From: Nanobdellota archaeon
GTDB lineage: Archaea > Nanobdellota > Nanobdellia > SCGC-AAA011-G17 > JACPNG01
Direction of reading: 5' to 3'
Assembly: GCA_038046345.1 (NCBI GenBank)
Contig: JBBSWJ010000007.1
Span: 10,129-27,195 of the forward strand
Length of the DNA: 17,067 nucleotides
In this document: piece after piece, positions 1-7,735 of the stretch
Position numbering within the stretch: position 1 is the first letter of the stretch
Layout: each line of letters starts with the position of its first letter
Notes under the pieces: model-generated
Databases searched by the model: none
What the model was told of the DNA's origin: nothing
The model's input: the letters and a program-made list of their open reading frames with translations, nothing else
Program-made: the position numbers and the translations under genes

Positions 1-569
1 GGTGCATTTTCTAAGCAGGAATCCAATGTTAATAATGTGAATGACCCGGTTGTTGAATCATCTACATTTCTTATGTCTATGTGGCTTAGTATTTCAACTG
101 ACTGATCACATACATCCCCCATTGTTCCTGCTATAGAAGAACTTGAAGATCCTCTGTATGTAAGATATTCTTGATCTCTATCTATCAGTTCATTTATAGT
201 TGTCCACTCTCCGCTGCTTATTGTGCTTAGGTCATTTGCCCAAATAAAATCAGCATAGCATGACGATGAAAAAAATGAACTTGGTTCCTCTCCAAGATTA
301 TAACAGTAATTATTTGTTCCTGGAGTGCATGGACAAGTAGGTACAGGATTTGAACTTGAGTCATATCTTGCAGTTCCTGGGCAGACATAAACGCCGCCGC
401 CACAGTGAAGCAAGCTGCCACCATCACTACCACCATCATGTCCTATACATTCTACAGTTCCACTTTCTGGATCAGGAAAACATATATGGCTCCCGCTTGT
501 CAACGAGGCTAATAGTATTAATGATACTGCTGCAAATAATAATTTAGCGTACAGCTGTTTTCCAAACAT
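1..569 (-). CDS. Secreted Cys-rich hypothetical protein, partial (runs off the left edge; 189 codons visible)
   Basis: Not in the ORF track. Hand translation from ATG at 569 is open to the window edge: MFGKQLYAKLLFAAVSLILLASLTSGSHICFPDPESGTVECIGHDGGSDGGSLLHCGGGVYVCPG... It has a Sec-type signal peptide, 10 Cys in the visible part, and GGAG (577-580) 7 nt upstream. Overlaps the upstream gene by 26 nt. Confidence 0.8.
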   Translation of the reverse strand, partial: MFGKQLYAKLLFAAVSLILLASLTSGSHICFPDPESGTVECIGHDGGSDGGSLLHCGGGVYVCPGTARYDSSSNPVPTCPCTPGTNNYCYNLGEEPSSFFSSSCYADFIWANDLSTISSGEWTTINELIDRDQEYLTYRGSSSSSIAGTMGDVCDQSVEILSHIDIRNVDDSTTGSFTLLTLDSCLENA

Positions 570-1284
570 ATTTTTTCTCCATATCATCTTTCTCATTTAT
601 GAACGTTAATATCCACGATCCTTTTGAAGGAAATATCTGTAATAACCGGTTATCTGTTGCTTGCGGAAATGTTAAACTGCCTTCTACTGAGTATTGGGCT
701 GTTTTTTCATATGCCCATTCAACTGTATTCTTTACATCCCATGGTATCCTTATTGGTTTAAGGGTTTCAAAGCTTACTTCACTTGTTCCTTTTGTTGCTT
801 TTAGAGGATAAGTTGCAATTAGTATTGTTTCTTCGCTTGGGAATTGTGTTTCTATATTAATTTCATCCGTGCTTACTAGCCATCCGTCTACTTCAAATGT
901 TTGATAGTTTTGTGTGCATTTTGCAAAATTATCTTTAAAATAAAGGTTAACTTGTTCTGCAATATCTTCAAAATCAGGTAAGTATTGTTCATCAATAATA
1001 TACCAATGGGGTATTTGAAAATCTCCATATTCTGGGTCATTTCTCTGTATTGGTTCTGTTTCAGTTGGTACATTATAATATCCGCCTTGAAGACCGATCA
1101 TAAATAATGCATCTCTTCCAACTTCATCCACACAGTTTTCTGTAAATTCTTTTATGTCGTTTGATTGTACAGACTCTGGTTGTGTTATAGCTGGTTTTTG
1201 CAAGAATACTAACATTAATGCCACGATGATCAAGACTATTAGTCCTACAACTACAAAAACAGTTACCTGCCCCTTTTTGTGCAT
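544..1284 (-). CDS. Surface protein with class III (prepilin-like) signal peptide, 246 aa
   Basis: MHKKG/QVTVFVVVGLIVLIIVALMLVFL fits the archaeal prepilin peptidase pattern [KR]-G then Q-V and a hydrophobic helix. TATA-like TATATAAA 23-30 nt upstream. Confidence 0.8.
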   Translation of the reverse strand: MHKKGQVTVFVVVGLIVLIIVALMLVFLQKPAITQPESVQSNDIKEFTENCVDEVGRDALFMIGLQGGYYNVPTETEPIQRNDPEYGDFQIPHWYIIDEQYLPDFEDIAEQVNLYFKDNFAKCTQNYQTFEVDGWLVSTDEINIETQFPSEETILIATYPLKATKGTSEVSFETLKPIRIPWDVKNTVEWAYEKTAQYSVEGSLTFPQATDNRLLQIFPSKGSWILTFINEKDDMEKKYVWKTAVR

Positions 1285-1306
1285 ATCTTACAAACATGAT
1301 ATTTTC

Positions 1307-1314
1307 TTTATATA
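1307..1314 (-). promoter_or_regulatory. TATA-box candidate for the 544-1284 gene
   Basis: TATATAAA on the minus strand 23-30 nt upstream of ATG 1284, the archaeal spacing for a leaderless transcript. Confidence 0.5.
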
Positions 1315-1389
1315 GATTTCTGTTTAGTTTTATTTTTCTTAAGATAAATATAGTTTACAATCATTCAACTTACTGCGCAACATCTCCAT

Positions 1390-1482
1390 TTACAAGTCCT
1401 TCCCTGTTTCTTCGTCCTCTTTGCTTAGCCAATCTTTAGCAAGAGACTTTTCACTGGCAAGAGCAATAAATATTTTTTGCGT
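1390..1482 (-). pseudogene. C-terminal remnant of a type II toxin-antitoxin antitoxin (AbrB/MazE- or DUF2281-type tail)
   Basis: Startless frame TQKIFIALASEKSLAKDWLSKEDEETGKDL* resembles the recalled antitoxin tail ASEKxLAKDWLxxEEDEAWKDL*. It is followed immediately by ATG GAG (TAAATG junction) opening only 16 codons. Confidence 0.55.
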
Positions 1483-1746
1483 TTAGTCTTTCATATAAGG
1501 TTCACAAATCTTCCATGCTAAATTCATTTTGTCTCTTGCATGATATAATTCATCTGCAGTTGCATGCAATTCAGAAGCAAGTTTTGTTCTTCCTCTTGCC
1601 GAATCTGCATCTGCTTGTCTTTTTATTTCATCAGCAAGTTTTCCAATAAATAACGCGGTTTGATCATAAGTCATATTACCAATGGACTTAACTAACTGAT
1701 CTAATGAACCTTTAAAACCTTCAACTTCTTGCGGGTGTTTAGCCAT
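1483..1746 (-). CDS. Hypothetical helical protein, 87 aa (start re-called at MAKHPQEV)
   Basis: The track ORF to 1794 overlaps the srp54 3' end. ATG at 1746 lies 19 nt after the srp54 stop and gives MAKHPQEVEGFKGSLDQLVKSIGNM...AWKICEPYMKD. No function recognised. Confidence 0.7.
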   Translation of the reverse strand: MAKHPQEVEGFKGSLDQLVKSIGNMTYDQTALFIGKLADEIKRQADADSARGRTKLASELHATADELYHARDKMNLAWKICEPYMKD

Positions 1747-1765
1747 AACTATAGACCTATTCCCA

Positions 1766-3115
1766 TTACAATCTAAAATGCCCAAGTTTCCCAAAGAATT
1801 TTTTCATTAATTTTGTTGGATCTTTTCCTTTTATCATTTTTGCTAATTTTTTACTGTTTCGATATTGTTTTATCAGATTTCTTACATCACCCGATGTTAA
1901 TCCTGACCCTCTTGCAATTCTTTCTATTCTGTTGGATGTTAGGATATCTGGGTTTTCTAATTCTTCTTTAGTCATTGACTGCATTTGGTATTTCCATTTT
2001 TGCAGTTCCACATCCTGAACATCAAGCATTTCTCTTGGAATGTTCATCCCGCTCATTCCAGGAACTAATTCAACTATTTTATTTAATGGACCCATTTTTT
2101 TCATGGCTTGCATTTGTTCATACAAATCTAAAAAGTTAAATTCTCCTTTTAGTAACCTTCTGCCAAGCTCTTCTGCATCTTCTTGCTTTATTGCTCTTGT
2201 TGCTTTCTCTAATAATTCTTCAATATCACCCATTCCTAATAATCTTCCAACAAATCCTTTTGGGTTAAACAACTCAATATCTTCTAATTTTTCACCAGTG
2301 CCTATAAATCTTATCCTTGCCCCGCTTGCAGCACAGGCTGTTAGTGCTCCTCCCCCCCTTGCAGTTCCATCTAATTTAGTTACAATAACCCCTGTTAGTC
2401 CTATTGCCTCATGAAAAGCTTTTGCTTGTTTTTCTGCTGTTTGGCCTGTATCTGCATTTATTACTAATAAGTTTTGGTCTGGTTTAGCTGTCTTATTAAT
2501 TGCTTTAATTTCGGTAATGAGATCGTGACTAAAAGCATCTCTTCCTGCTGTGTCTAATATTATTAAGTCATAATCCTTAATTTCATTTTCAAATTTTTTG
2601 TAAATTTTTGTTACATCTTTCTCAAGTCTATCACTAAAGCAGGTTACATTTATTTTTTGACTTAATTGTTCAAGCTGATCTATTGCTGCAGGTCTATGCA
2701 CGTCGAGTGCCATTGTTGCAGTCTTGTACCCTCTTTGTTGGTAGTACTTTGCTATTTTTCCGGCTGAAGATGTCTTTCCAGCACCAAACAGCCCAACCAG
2801 CATTATCTTATACGGATGTTTTTTTTCAATAACAATTTCGTTTTTTTCTTCGCCTAAAAAGTTCACTAATTCTTCATAAACTATATTGATAAGGTGTTCT
2901 TTCTTTTCAAGATTTTTTGGTGTTTCTTCTTTTATTGCTCTGCTTTTTATCTTGTTGGTTAGATTGAAAACAAGTTGAACATTTACATCTGATTGTAGTA
3001 GCGCTTTTTGTATGTCTTTTACAAGTTCATTTATAACTTTTTCATCTATGAACAAACTGCTCGCTATCTTTTTCAGTGTATTTTTTAAACTAAGCCCCAG
3101 CTTATCTAAAACCAT
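1766..3115 (-). CDS. srp54: Signal recognition particle protein SRP54 (Ffh)
   Basis: N domain (LLQSDVNVQLV), SRP GTPase motifs GLFGAGKT, DTAGR and TKLDG, and Met-rich M domain (GMGDIEELLEK, FNFLDLYEQM..MKKMGPL). Confidence 0.97.
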   Translation of the reverse strand: MVLDKLGLSLKNTLKKIASSLFIDEKVINELVKDIQKALLQSDVNVQLVFNLTNKIKSRAIKEETPKNLEKKEHLINIVYEELVNFLGEEKNEIVIEKKHPYKIMLVGLFGAGKTSSAGKIAKYYQQRGYKTATMALDVHRPAAIDQLEQLSQKINVTCFSDRLEKDVTKIYKKFENEIKDYDLIILDTAGRDAFSHDLITEIKAINKTAKPDQNLLVINADTGQTAEKQAKAFHEAIGLTGVIVTKLDGTARGGGALTACAASGARIRFIGTGEKLEDIELFNPKGFVGRLLGMGDIEELLEKATRAIKQEDAEELGRRLLKGEFNFLDLYEQMQAMKKMGPLNKIVELVPGMSGMNIPREMLDVQDVELQKWKYQMQSMTKEELENPDILTSNRIERIARGSGLTSGDVRNLIKQYRNSKKLAKMIKGKDPTKLMKKFFGKLGHFRL

Positions 3116-3135
3116 GTTATTAAACCAGAAACAGA

Positions 3136-3144
3136 CTTTTTAAG
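3136..3144 (-). promoter_or_regulatory. TATA-box candidate for srp54
   Basis: CTTAAAAAG 21-29 nt upstream of ATG 3115, preceded by an A-run (BRE-like). A near-identical element precedes ftsY. Confidence 0.55.
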
Positions 3145-3186
3145 TTTTTTTACATTTATTTTATAAGAATATCACATCACAAACAG

Positions 3187-4200
3187 CTACAATCCTAACC
3201 GCTCAATTACTTTCTCAGGATCAAACTTTTCAAGGTTATCTATTTCTTGCCCAGTACCTAAAAACAATATTGGTTTCTTTGTTACATAAGCTATTGACAA
3301 TATTGCTCCACCTCTTTCATCAACATCTGCTTTGGTTAATATTGATCCATCAATATCTATTGCCATGTCAAAACTTGTTGCTTGTTCTACAGCGTCATTT
3401 CCAACTATGCTTTCTGAAACTAATATCTTAAGGTTTGGTTTGCTTACTTTGATTATCTTGCTCATTTCTCGCATCAAGTTGATATTCTTATGCTGTCTTC
3501 CGGCCGTATCTATCATTACTACATCATACTTCTTTGACTTTGCCACAGATATTGCATCATATGCTATGCTTGCAGGATCAGCCCCATATTGCCCTTTAAC
3601 AATTGGCAGTTTAAGTTTTTTTGCCCATTCATCCAGTTGCTCAACACTTCCAGCTCTCCAAGTATCACCTGCAGCAAGTATTATTTTTAAATTATTTTTT
3701 TGCAAGTAATTCGCAACCTTTGCTATGGTCGTAGTTTTTCCAACGCCATTAACCCCAACAAATATGATCACATATGGTTTATCATGTTCTGCTATTTTTT
3801 TAATAAGGTCAAAACTTTCAGTGCTGAGCAATTTTTTAATGCTAGTTTTTAATGCAGAGGTTACAACTCCACTATACTCAGTTTTTTGAATTGGTTTATC
3901 AACTATTGTTTCTTTTAAGTCAGCTTTAATTTTTTCAATGACCTCTACTGCAACATTATTTTCAAGCAAAGCTAGTTCTATATCCCAAAACAGCTCTGAA
4001 AATTTTTCTTCGTCGATCTTTCTTGTTGCTACTTTTTCTTTAACAATTTGAATAAACGTTTTTTTAGATTCTTCTTTTTTAAATTTTTGAAATGATTTAG
4101 CAGGGGGGTTAGTAGCTTCTGCAACCTCTTCAGGTTCTTCTGCACTCTCTTTAAACAAGTTTACTGCGTCTTTTAGTTTATCTCTTAAAAACTTAAACAT
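3187..4200 (-). CDS. ftsY: Signal recognition particle receptor FtsY
   Basis: MFKFLRDKLK start, short charged A domain, LALLENNVAVEV N domain, GVNGVGKTTTIAK, DTAGRQH and TKAD..RGG motifs; no M domain. Confidence 0.97.
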   Translation of the reverse strand: MFKFLRDKLKDAVNLFKESAEEPEEVAEATNPPAKSFQKFKKEESKKTFIQIVKEKVATRKIDEEKFSELFWDIELALLENNVAVEVIEKIKADLKETIVDKPIQKTEYSGVVTSALKTSIKKLLSTESFDLIKKIAEHDKPYVIIFVGVNGVGKTTTIAKVANYLQKNNLKIILAAGDTWRAGSVEQLDEWAKKLKLPIVKGQYGADPASIAYDAISVAKSKKYDVVMIDTAGRQHKNINLMREMSKIIKVSKPNLKILVSESIVGNDAVEQATSFDMAIDIDGSILTKADVDERGGAILSIAYVTKKPILFLGTGQEIDNLEKFDPEKVIERLGL

Positions 4201-4222
4201 AATTTGCGATAAGCCAAATAGT

Positions 4223-4230
4223 CTTTTAAG
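4223..4230 (-). promoter_or_regulatory. TATA-box candidate for ftsY
   Basis: CTTAAAAG 23-30 nt upstream of ATG 4200, preceded by AAAAAAG. Confidence 0.55.
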
Positions 4231-4241
4231 CTTTTTTATAG

Positions 4242-4697
4242 CTACTCAATTATTGTTAAAATATCTGAAACCATTTCAGCTGTTCCATAATCCAGAACTT
4301 GAACAAAATAATCTCCTGCCTGCCAGCTTCCAAATGTCTTGAACTGTGATTCACATGTTTCTCCAGGTTCTACACGGAATCCTGCAGATAATGCCCCTTT
4401 TGGGTTTGTATCAGCACATCTTAGTTTATAATCAGCAACATCTCGGCATGTTTCATCTAATACCCCGCATACTCTCAGTTTTTTTGACGCGCCTTCATTA
4501 CCCGCATATAATTTAATATTAATATACTCGCCAGCCCTTACTACTTGCGGGGATACTTCTAGTTTAGTAACATCTACGCGGCTTGCATTTCCGGTTATAT
4601 TCCCAAGATTTAATACTATTAATGCAATAATAAACACTATTAGCACACCAATGATTAAAACTCTATTATCTTTAGGCTCCCCTTTCTTTTTGTGCAT
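4242..4697 (-). CDS. N-terminally anchored or secreted hypothetical protein, 151 aa (start re-called at MHKKKG)
   Basis: The track start at 4769 lies inside truD. ATG 4697 gives MHKKKGEPKDNR, a hydrophobic helix, an ITGNA motif, then a beta-rich domain with 4 Cys. TATA-like element 23-31 nt upstream. Confidence 0.75.
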   Translation of the reverse strand: MHKKKGEPKDNRVLIIGVLIVFIIALIVLNLGNITGNASRVDVTKLEVSPQVVRAGEYINIKLYAGNEGASKKLRVCGVLDETCRDVADYKLRCADTNPKGALSAGFRVEPGETCESQFKTFGSWQAGDYFVQVLDYGTAEMVSDILTIIE

Positions 4698-4719
4698 AAC
4701 CACTAAATAATGTTTATTA

Positions 4720-4728
4720 CTTTTAAAG
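4720..4728 (-). promoter_or_regulatory. TATA-box candidate overlapping the truD stop codon
   Basis: CTTTAAAAG 23-31 nt upstream of ATG 4697; contains the truD TAA (4723-4725). Confidence 0.45.
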
Positions 4729-5706
4729 ATTTCTATCGCAAAACATTTTTTTAACAACCATTGTTGCATAACTACCAGGGGGTAATGTAAAACTTAGCTT
4801 GCAAGAATAATTTTTAGAATCTTTTAAATAATTTAGTTTAAGATCTGGCAGCCTAACGATCATATCTCTTTCATTGCCTTCTGATCTTATTTCAGGCATG
4901 GGGATAAACTTAAACGCTTCTTTGGTTATACCCTCTTTTACCATCAGTTCTTCGTATACATTCTTAATGGTTGGATCTCTTAACTGTGTCAAATACCCAA
5001 GTATAGGCACTATCTTGTTCATTATTGATTCATTACTAAACACAAAGTTTCCAGCTTGGTAGCCAATATCCCATTTGTACTCGTACTTGCTTGATAGGTA
5101 TAGTCTTACTACTTCGTTCCATAAATAGCTTTGATAAGCATTTAAATAAAATACCAGCATTCTTCTGGTTACACCATTTCTTAATGCTCCAATAAAATCA
5201 TTACCTTCAGCCTTCAGCCTGAGGATTGCTGCTGCTTTTGACCATTCATTTCTTGCAAGTGCTTTTCCTATAAAATGATTTTTTCCAGAAAATCTTTGAT
5301 CATCATAATAATTTTCTATAAAGCTTATTGGTTCATATTTTTTTTCAATGTTCCTTACAGTTATAACAAACTTATTGGAGGTTAACTGGCCAAGTTTTAT
5401 CCGCTCGTCTCCTTTGCCTAAATATTTTACTTCAATACCTTTAATGTTTAATGCTTCAAGTTTATCTTTGGGTAATTTATAACATGAAACATGTTGTGTT
5501 GTTATTGCATTCTTGTCTTTTAGACCTGCAACATTAAAATACTTTAATGGTAGTTTTAATTTTTTTGCGATAACCTCAACTGCCACTGATGTTGTCCAAT
5601 TGATTTTTTTAAGTAAAAAATAGGTATATTCCCCGCTTCTATGAACATCCAAGGACATTTGTTCATCCACTCTAAAATCTTGTGGACTCTGTTTGATTGT
5701 AAACAT
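4723..5706 (-). CDS. truD: tRNA pseudouridine(13) synthase TruD
   Basis: IKQSPQDFRVDE start, AGLKDKNAITTQ with the catalytic Asp, LGQLTSNKFVITVR, NYYDDQRF, AYQSYLWN and LSFTLPPGSYATMVV motifs. Confidence 0.95.
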   Translation of the reverse strand: MFTIKQSPQDFRVDEQMSLDVHRSGEYTYFLLKKINWTTSVAVEVIAKKLKLPLKYFNVAGLKDKNAITTQHVSCYKLPKDKLEALNIKGIEVKYLGKGDERIKLGQLTSNKFVITVRNIEKKYEPISFIENYYDDQRFSGKNHFIGKALARNEWSKAAAILRLKAEGNDFIGALRNGVTRRMLVFYLNAYQSYLWNEVVRLYLSSKYEYKWDIGYQAGNFVFSNESIMNKIVPILGYLTQLRDPTIKNVYEELMVKEGITKEAFKFIPMPEIRSEGNERDMIVRLPDLKLNYLKDSKNYSCKLSFTLPPGSYATMVVKKMFCDRNL

Positions 5707-5727
5707 GAATTAAAAATAAGGTAAATG

Positions 5728-5735
5728 TTTTTAAG
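5728..5735 (-). promoter_or_regulatory. TATA-box candidate for truD, overlapping the upstream stop codon
   Basis: CTTAAAAA 22-29 nt upstream of ATG 5706; contains the TAA (5731-5733) of the upstream ORF. Confidence 0.45.
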
Positions 5736-6057
5736 TGCTTCGTCTGATAATTCTCCCACCATAATTCAACAGCCACATGCTGTATGCAGGAGTATTAGTC
5801 ACTATCTTATCCAGGTTATCCCCCATATTTCTATCTTTCATTGCTCTTTCAAACTTTCTATAAGTTGCCCTGTAAGTTTTAGTTTCATCTACAAATCTAT
5901 TTGTATCACTTTCATTAACATCAAATATCTCACTTAACATATCTCCCAACGCTTTATCGTCCAGCCGTCTTACCCTATCAAGAAGATGTTCACTTTGTAA
6001 TTCTGTAACATTAGTGAGCTCAATCAGTCTTTTTTGTATTGGTCCAACAAAAACCAC
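5731..6057 (-). CDS. Hypothetical protein, about 108 aa (start uncertain)
   Basis: Fills the gap between truD and gins with protein-like composition. The GTG start lacks a clear signal, and an in-frame ATG at 6099 is cut off by TAA at 6082-6084. Confidence 0.55.
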   Translation of the reverse strand: MVFVGPIQKRLIELTNVTELQSEHLLDRVRRLDDKALGDMLSEIFDVNESDTNRFVDETKTYRATYRKFERAMKDRNMGDNLDKIVTNTPAYSMWLLNYGGRIIRRST

Positions 6058-6116
6058 ATCAAGATTACAGTCCTTGCTTCTTTATCTGTATTTCTGCATA
6101 GTATCACAATAATAAA

Positions 6117-6122
6117 TTTAAA
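6117..6122 (+). promoter_or_regulatory. TATA-box candidate for gins
   Basis: TTTAAA 23-28 nt upstream of ATG 6145, preceded by AATAAA. Confidence 0.45.
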
Positions 6123-6144
6123 CATTGCTCTATTATGATATCCC

Positions 6145-6753
6145 ATGTCAGAAGTAATAACCTATGAAGTTCTATACGGAATCCTTAGAGCAGAAAAAGA
6201 GAGCAATGCTCTTACAAAATTAGAAAAAGACTTCTTTGAAAAAGTTGTAAAATATTTATCAGAAAAACAGGCTATTCTTACATCGCAGGAGTCAAAGTCA
6301 AGTGTGTTTACAGCATCAGAAACTATGAAGACTAAACACCAGCTGGATAACATTCAGCGTATCCTAAAAGAAAGTTATGAACGTCGTGAACATAAGCTTA
6401 TTGACCTTGCTTTATTTCATTCCAGGACTAAAGAGCTTGTGGATACATCTCTCATGTTGGATACAGAAAAACAGTTTTATGATTCCGTTCTTGAAATGCT
6501 TGATTTCTTCAGGAAGAATGTACTTTATTCAGTATTATCTCAAAATATTCCTAAACTTCCCAGCAACAGTAGTTTCGTCTCACAAAAATCAGCTACGAAA
6601 GGATTAAAAACTGTCAGATTTATTCGGGCTATACCTAAGTTTGTAGGAACAGACATGAATACCTATGGTCCTTTTGATGAAGAGGATATGGCCTTGCTTC
6701 CTGAAACTGTGGCTGAACTATTAATAAAGAAAGAAAAAGCAACGGCACTATGA
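6145..6753 (+). CDS. DNA replication complex GINS subunit (Gins51/Gins15 type)
   Basis: Helical A domain (ITYEVLY..LRAEKE..LTKLEKDFFEKV; YERREHKL), C-terminal B domain (VRFIRAIPKFVGTDMNTYGPF..ED.A.LP...A.LLI), and the conserved position upstream of rpl44e. Confidence 0.9.
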   Translation: MSEVITYEVLYGILRAEKESNALTKLEKDFFEKVVKYLSEKQAILTSQESKSSVFTASETMKTKHQLDNIQRILKESYERREHKLIDLALFHSRTKELVDTSLMLDTEKQFYDSVLEMLDFFRKNVLYSVLSQNIPKLPSNSSFVSQKSATKGLKTVRFIRAIPKFVGTDMNTYGPFDEEDMALLPETVAELLIKKEKATAL

Positions 6754-7061
6754 AACTACCTAAAACAAAAAAAATGTATTGTAAACATTGTAAGCATCAT
6801 ACTACTTTTAGTGTTGCTCAGGCTAAAAAGAGAGAGCGTGGCACTTTAAAAAAAGGATCAATGTTAAGACTTAAAAAACGAGGTAGTGGTCTGGCAGGAT
6901 ACGGAAACAAAGGAAGATATTCCCGTAAACCAATCACCCAATACAAACGTACTGGTGCTAAACTTTCAAAAAAAGTTGATCTGCGTTTTAAGTGTAATAC
7001 ATGCAATAAGACCATGGTGCAGTCAAAAGGTCTAAGGATTAAAAAACCAGTTTTTGAGTAA
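6750..7061 (+). CDS. rpl44e: 50S ribosomal protein L44e (eL42)
   Basis: MKLPKTKKMYCKHCKHHT and KKVDLRFKCNTCNK zinc ribbon, very basic; ATGA overlap with gins. Confidence 0.96.
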   Translation: MKLPKTKKMYCKHCKHHTTFSVAQAKKRERGTLKKGSMLRLKKRGSGLAGYGNKGRYSRKPITQYKRTGAKLSKKVDLRFKCNTCNKTMVQSKGLRIKKPVFE

Positions 7062-7066
7062 TAAAC

Positions 7067-7478
7067 ATGCCAACATTAGGATGCGGAGAGTGTAGATATG
7101 AAATGCTAACAGGTACTAAGTTTTCGTTAGTTTACATGCTTCAAGGTACAGAAGATACACCAGGTCTAGATTCGCACTGCGTTTCAGTTTGTTTAACTCA
7201 TTTGGCAAATACCCCTGGCACAATATTTAAGGACAACCGTGAAGATATCATTGGAATAGCCTAATGCCCTAGTAATGGCTACTGCCGAGCCAAATCCTTT
7301 ATGCCTAGAGGTTTATTCACCAGAGATGATAACTAGAGATAAAAAGTTTGGATTTATCACTCCAAAAGATATGAGATTATACCTGCCAAAGGCGCTTGAT
7401 ATCTTAAACGGGGAAAGACCAAAAGAAGCTATAACAATTGCATTTATCACTAATGATGAATCTTTACCTGAATGTTAA
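7067..7478 (+). pseudogene. Orphan gene split into two ORFs (7067-7264 and 7275-7478), probably one frameshifted 136-aa gene
   Basis: Removing one C at 7260-7261 turns GCC TAA TGC into GCT AAT GCC CTA GTA ATG and fuses the ORFs (..REDIIGIANALVMATAEPNPLC..). The second ATG has no SD. Two real small genes cannot be excluded. Confidence 0.5.
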
Positions 7479-7510
7479 TATCCCATTATTATCTACGTAA
7501 ACACAATCAA

Positions 7511-7526
7511 CGAAAGCATTTTAAAG
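7511..7526 (+). promoter_or_regulatory. BRE/TATA candidate for rps27e
   Basis: CGAAA (7511-7515) then TTTTAAAG (7519-7526), 21-28 nt upstream of ATG 7547. Confidence 0.55.
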
Positions 7527-7546
7527 GGGTTTCTTTTATACGCAGC

Positions 7547-7735
7547 ATGGAAGAACAAATTACTGTTAAATCAAGCAAGTTTGTTAAACTTCGCTGTCCT
7601 AAGTGCAAAAACGAACAGATCATATTTGGCAAACCAGCTTCAATAGTTAAATGCTTAGTATGTCAAAAGGATTTAGCTGAACCAACTGGTGGTAAGGCAA
7701 AAATCAAAGCTAGAATTCTTGAGGTACTTGAATAA
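7547..7735 (+). CDS. rps27e: 30S ribosomal protein S27e, 62 aa (start re-called)
   Basis: SKFVKLRCPKCKNEQIIFGKPASIVKCLVCQKDLAEPTGGKAKI C4 zinc ribbon. ATG 7547 gives the canonical length; the track extension to 7472 is not family-like. Confidence 0.96.
   Translation: MEEQITVKSSKFVKLRCPKCKNEQIIFGKPASIVKCLVCQKDLAEPTGGKAKIKARILEVLE

Noticed and set aside
227-1073. Track ORFs 227-439, 350-547, 599-811 and 888-1073
   Set aside because: Shadow frames overlapping the better-supported genes at 1-569 and 544-1284.
3116-3186. SRP RNA, tRNA or another ncRNA near srp54/ftsY
   Set aside because: All intergenic gaps are short and AT-rich, with no GC-rich stems or tRNA arms.
1273-4697. Exact 12-nt repeat ATGCACAAAAAG at two gene starts (1273-1284, 4686-4697)
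   Set aside because: Explained by shared MHKK signal-peptide starts in AT-rich DNA; no flanking similarity suggesting a mobile element.
7259-7265. Programmed +1 frameshift
   Set aside because: GCC-TAA is not a recognised shifty site, tRNA re-pairing to CCT would be poor, and no slippery heptamer or stimulatory structure was seen. An indel is simpler.
7472-7546. N-terminal extension of S27e
   Set aside because: The region contains a BRE/TATA at the right spacing for ATG 7547 and the extension is not family-like. The extensions to 1794 and 4769 were rejected for overlapping srp54 and truD.
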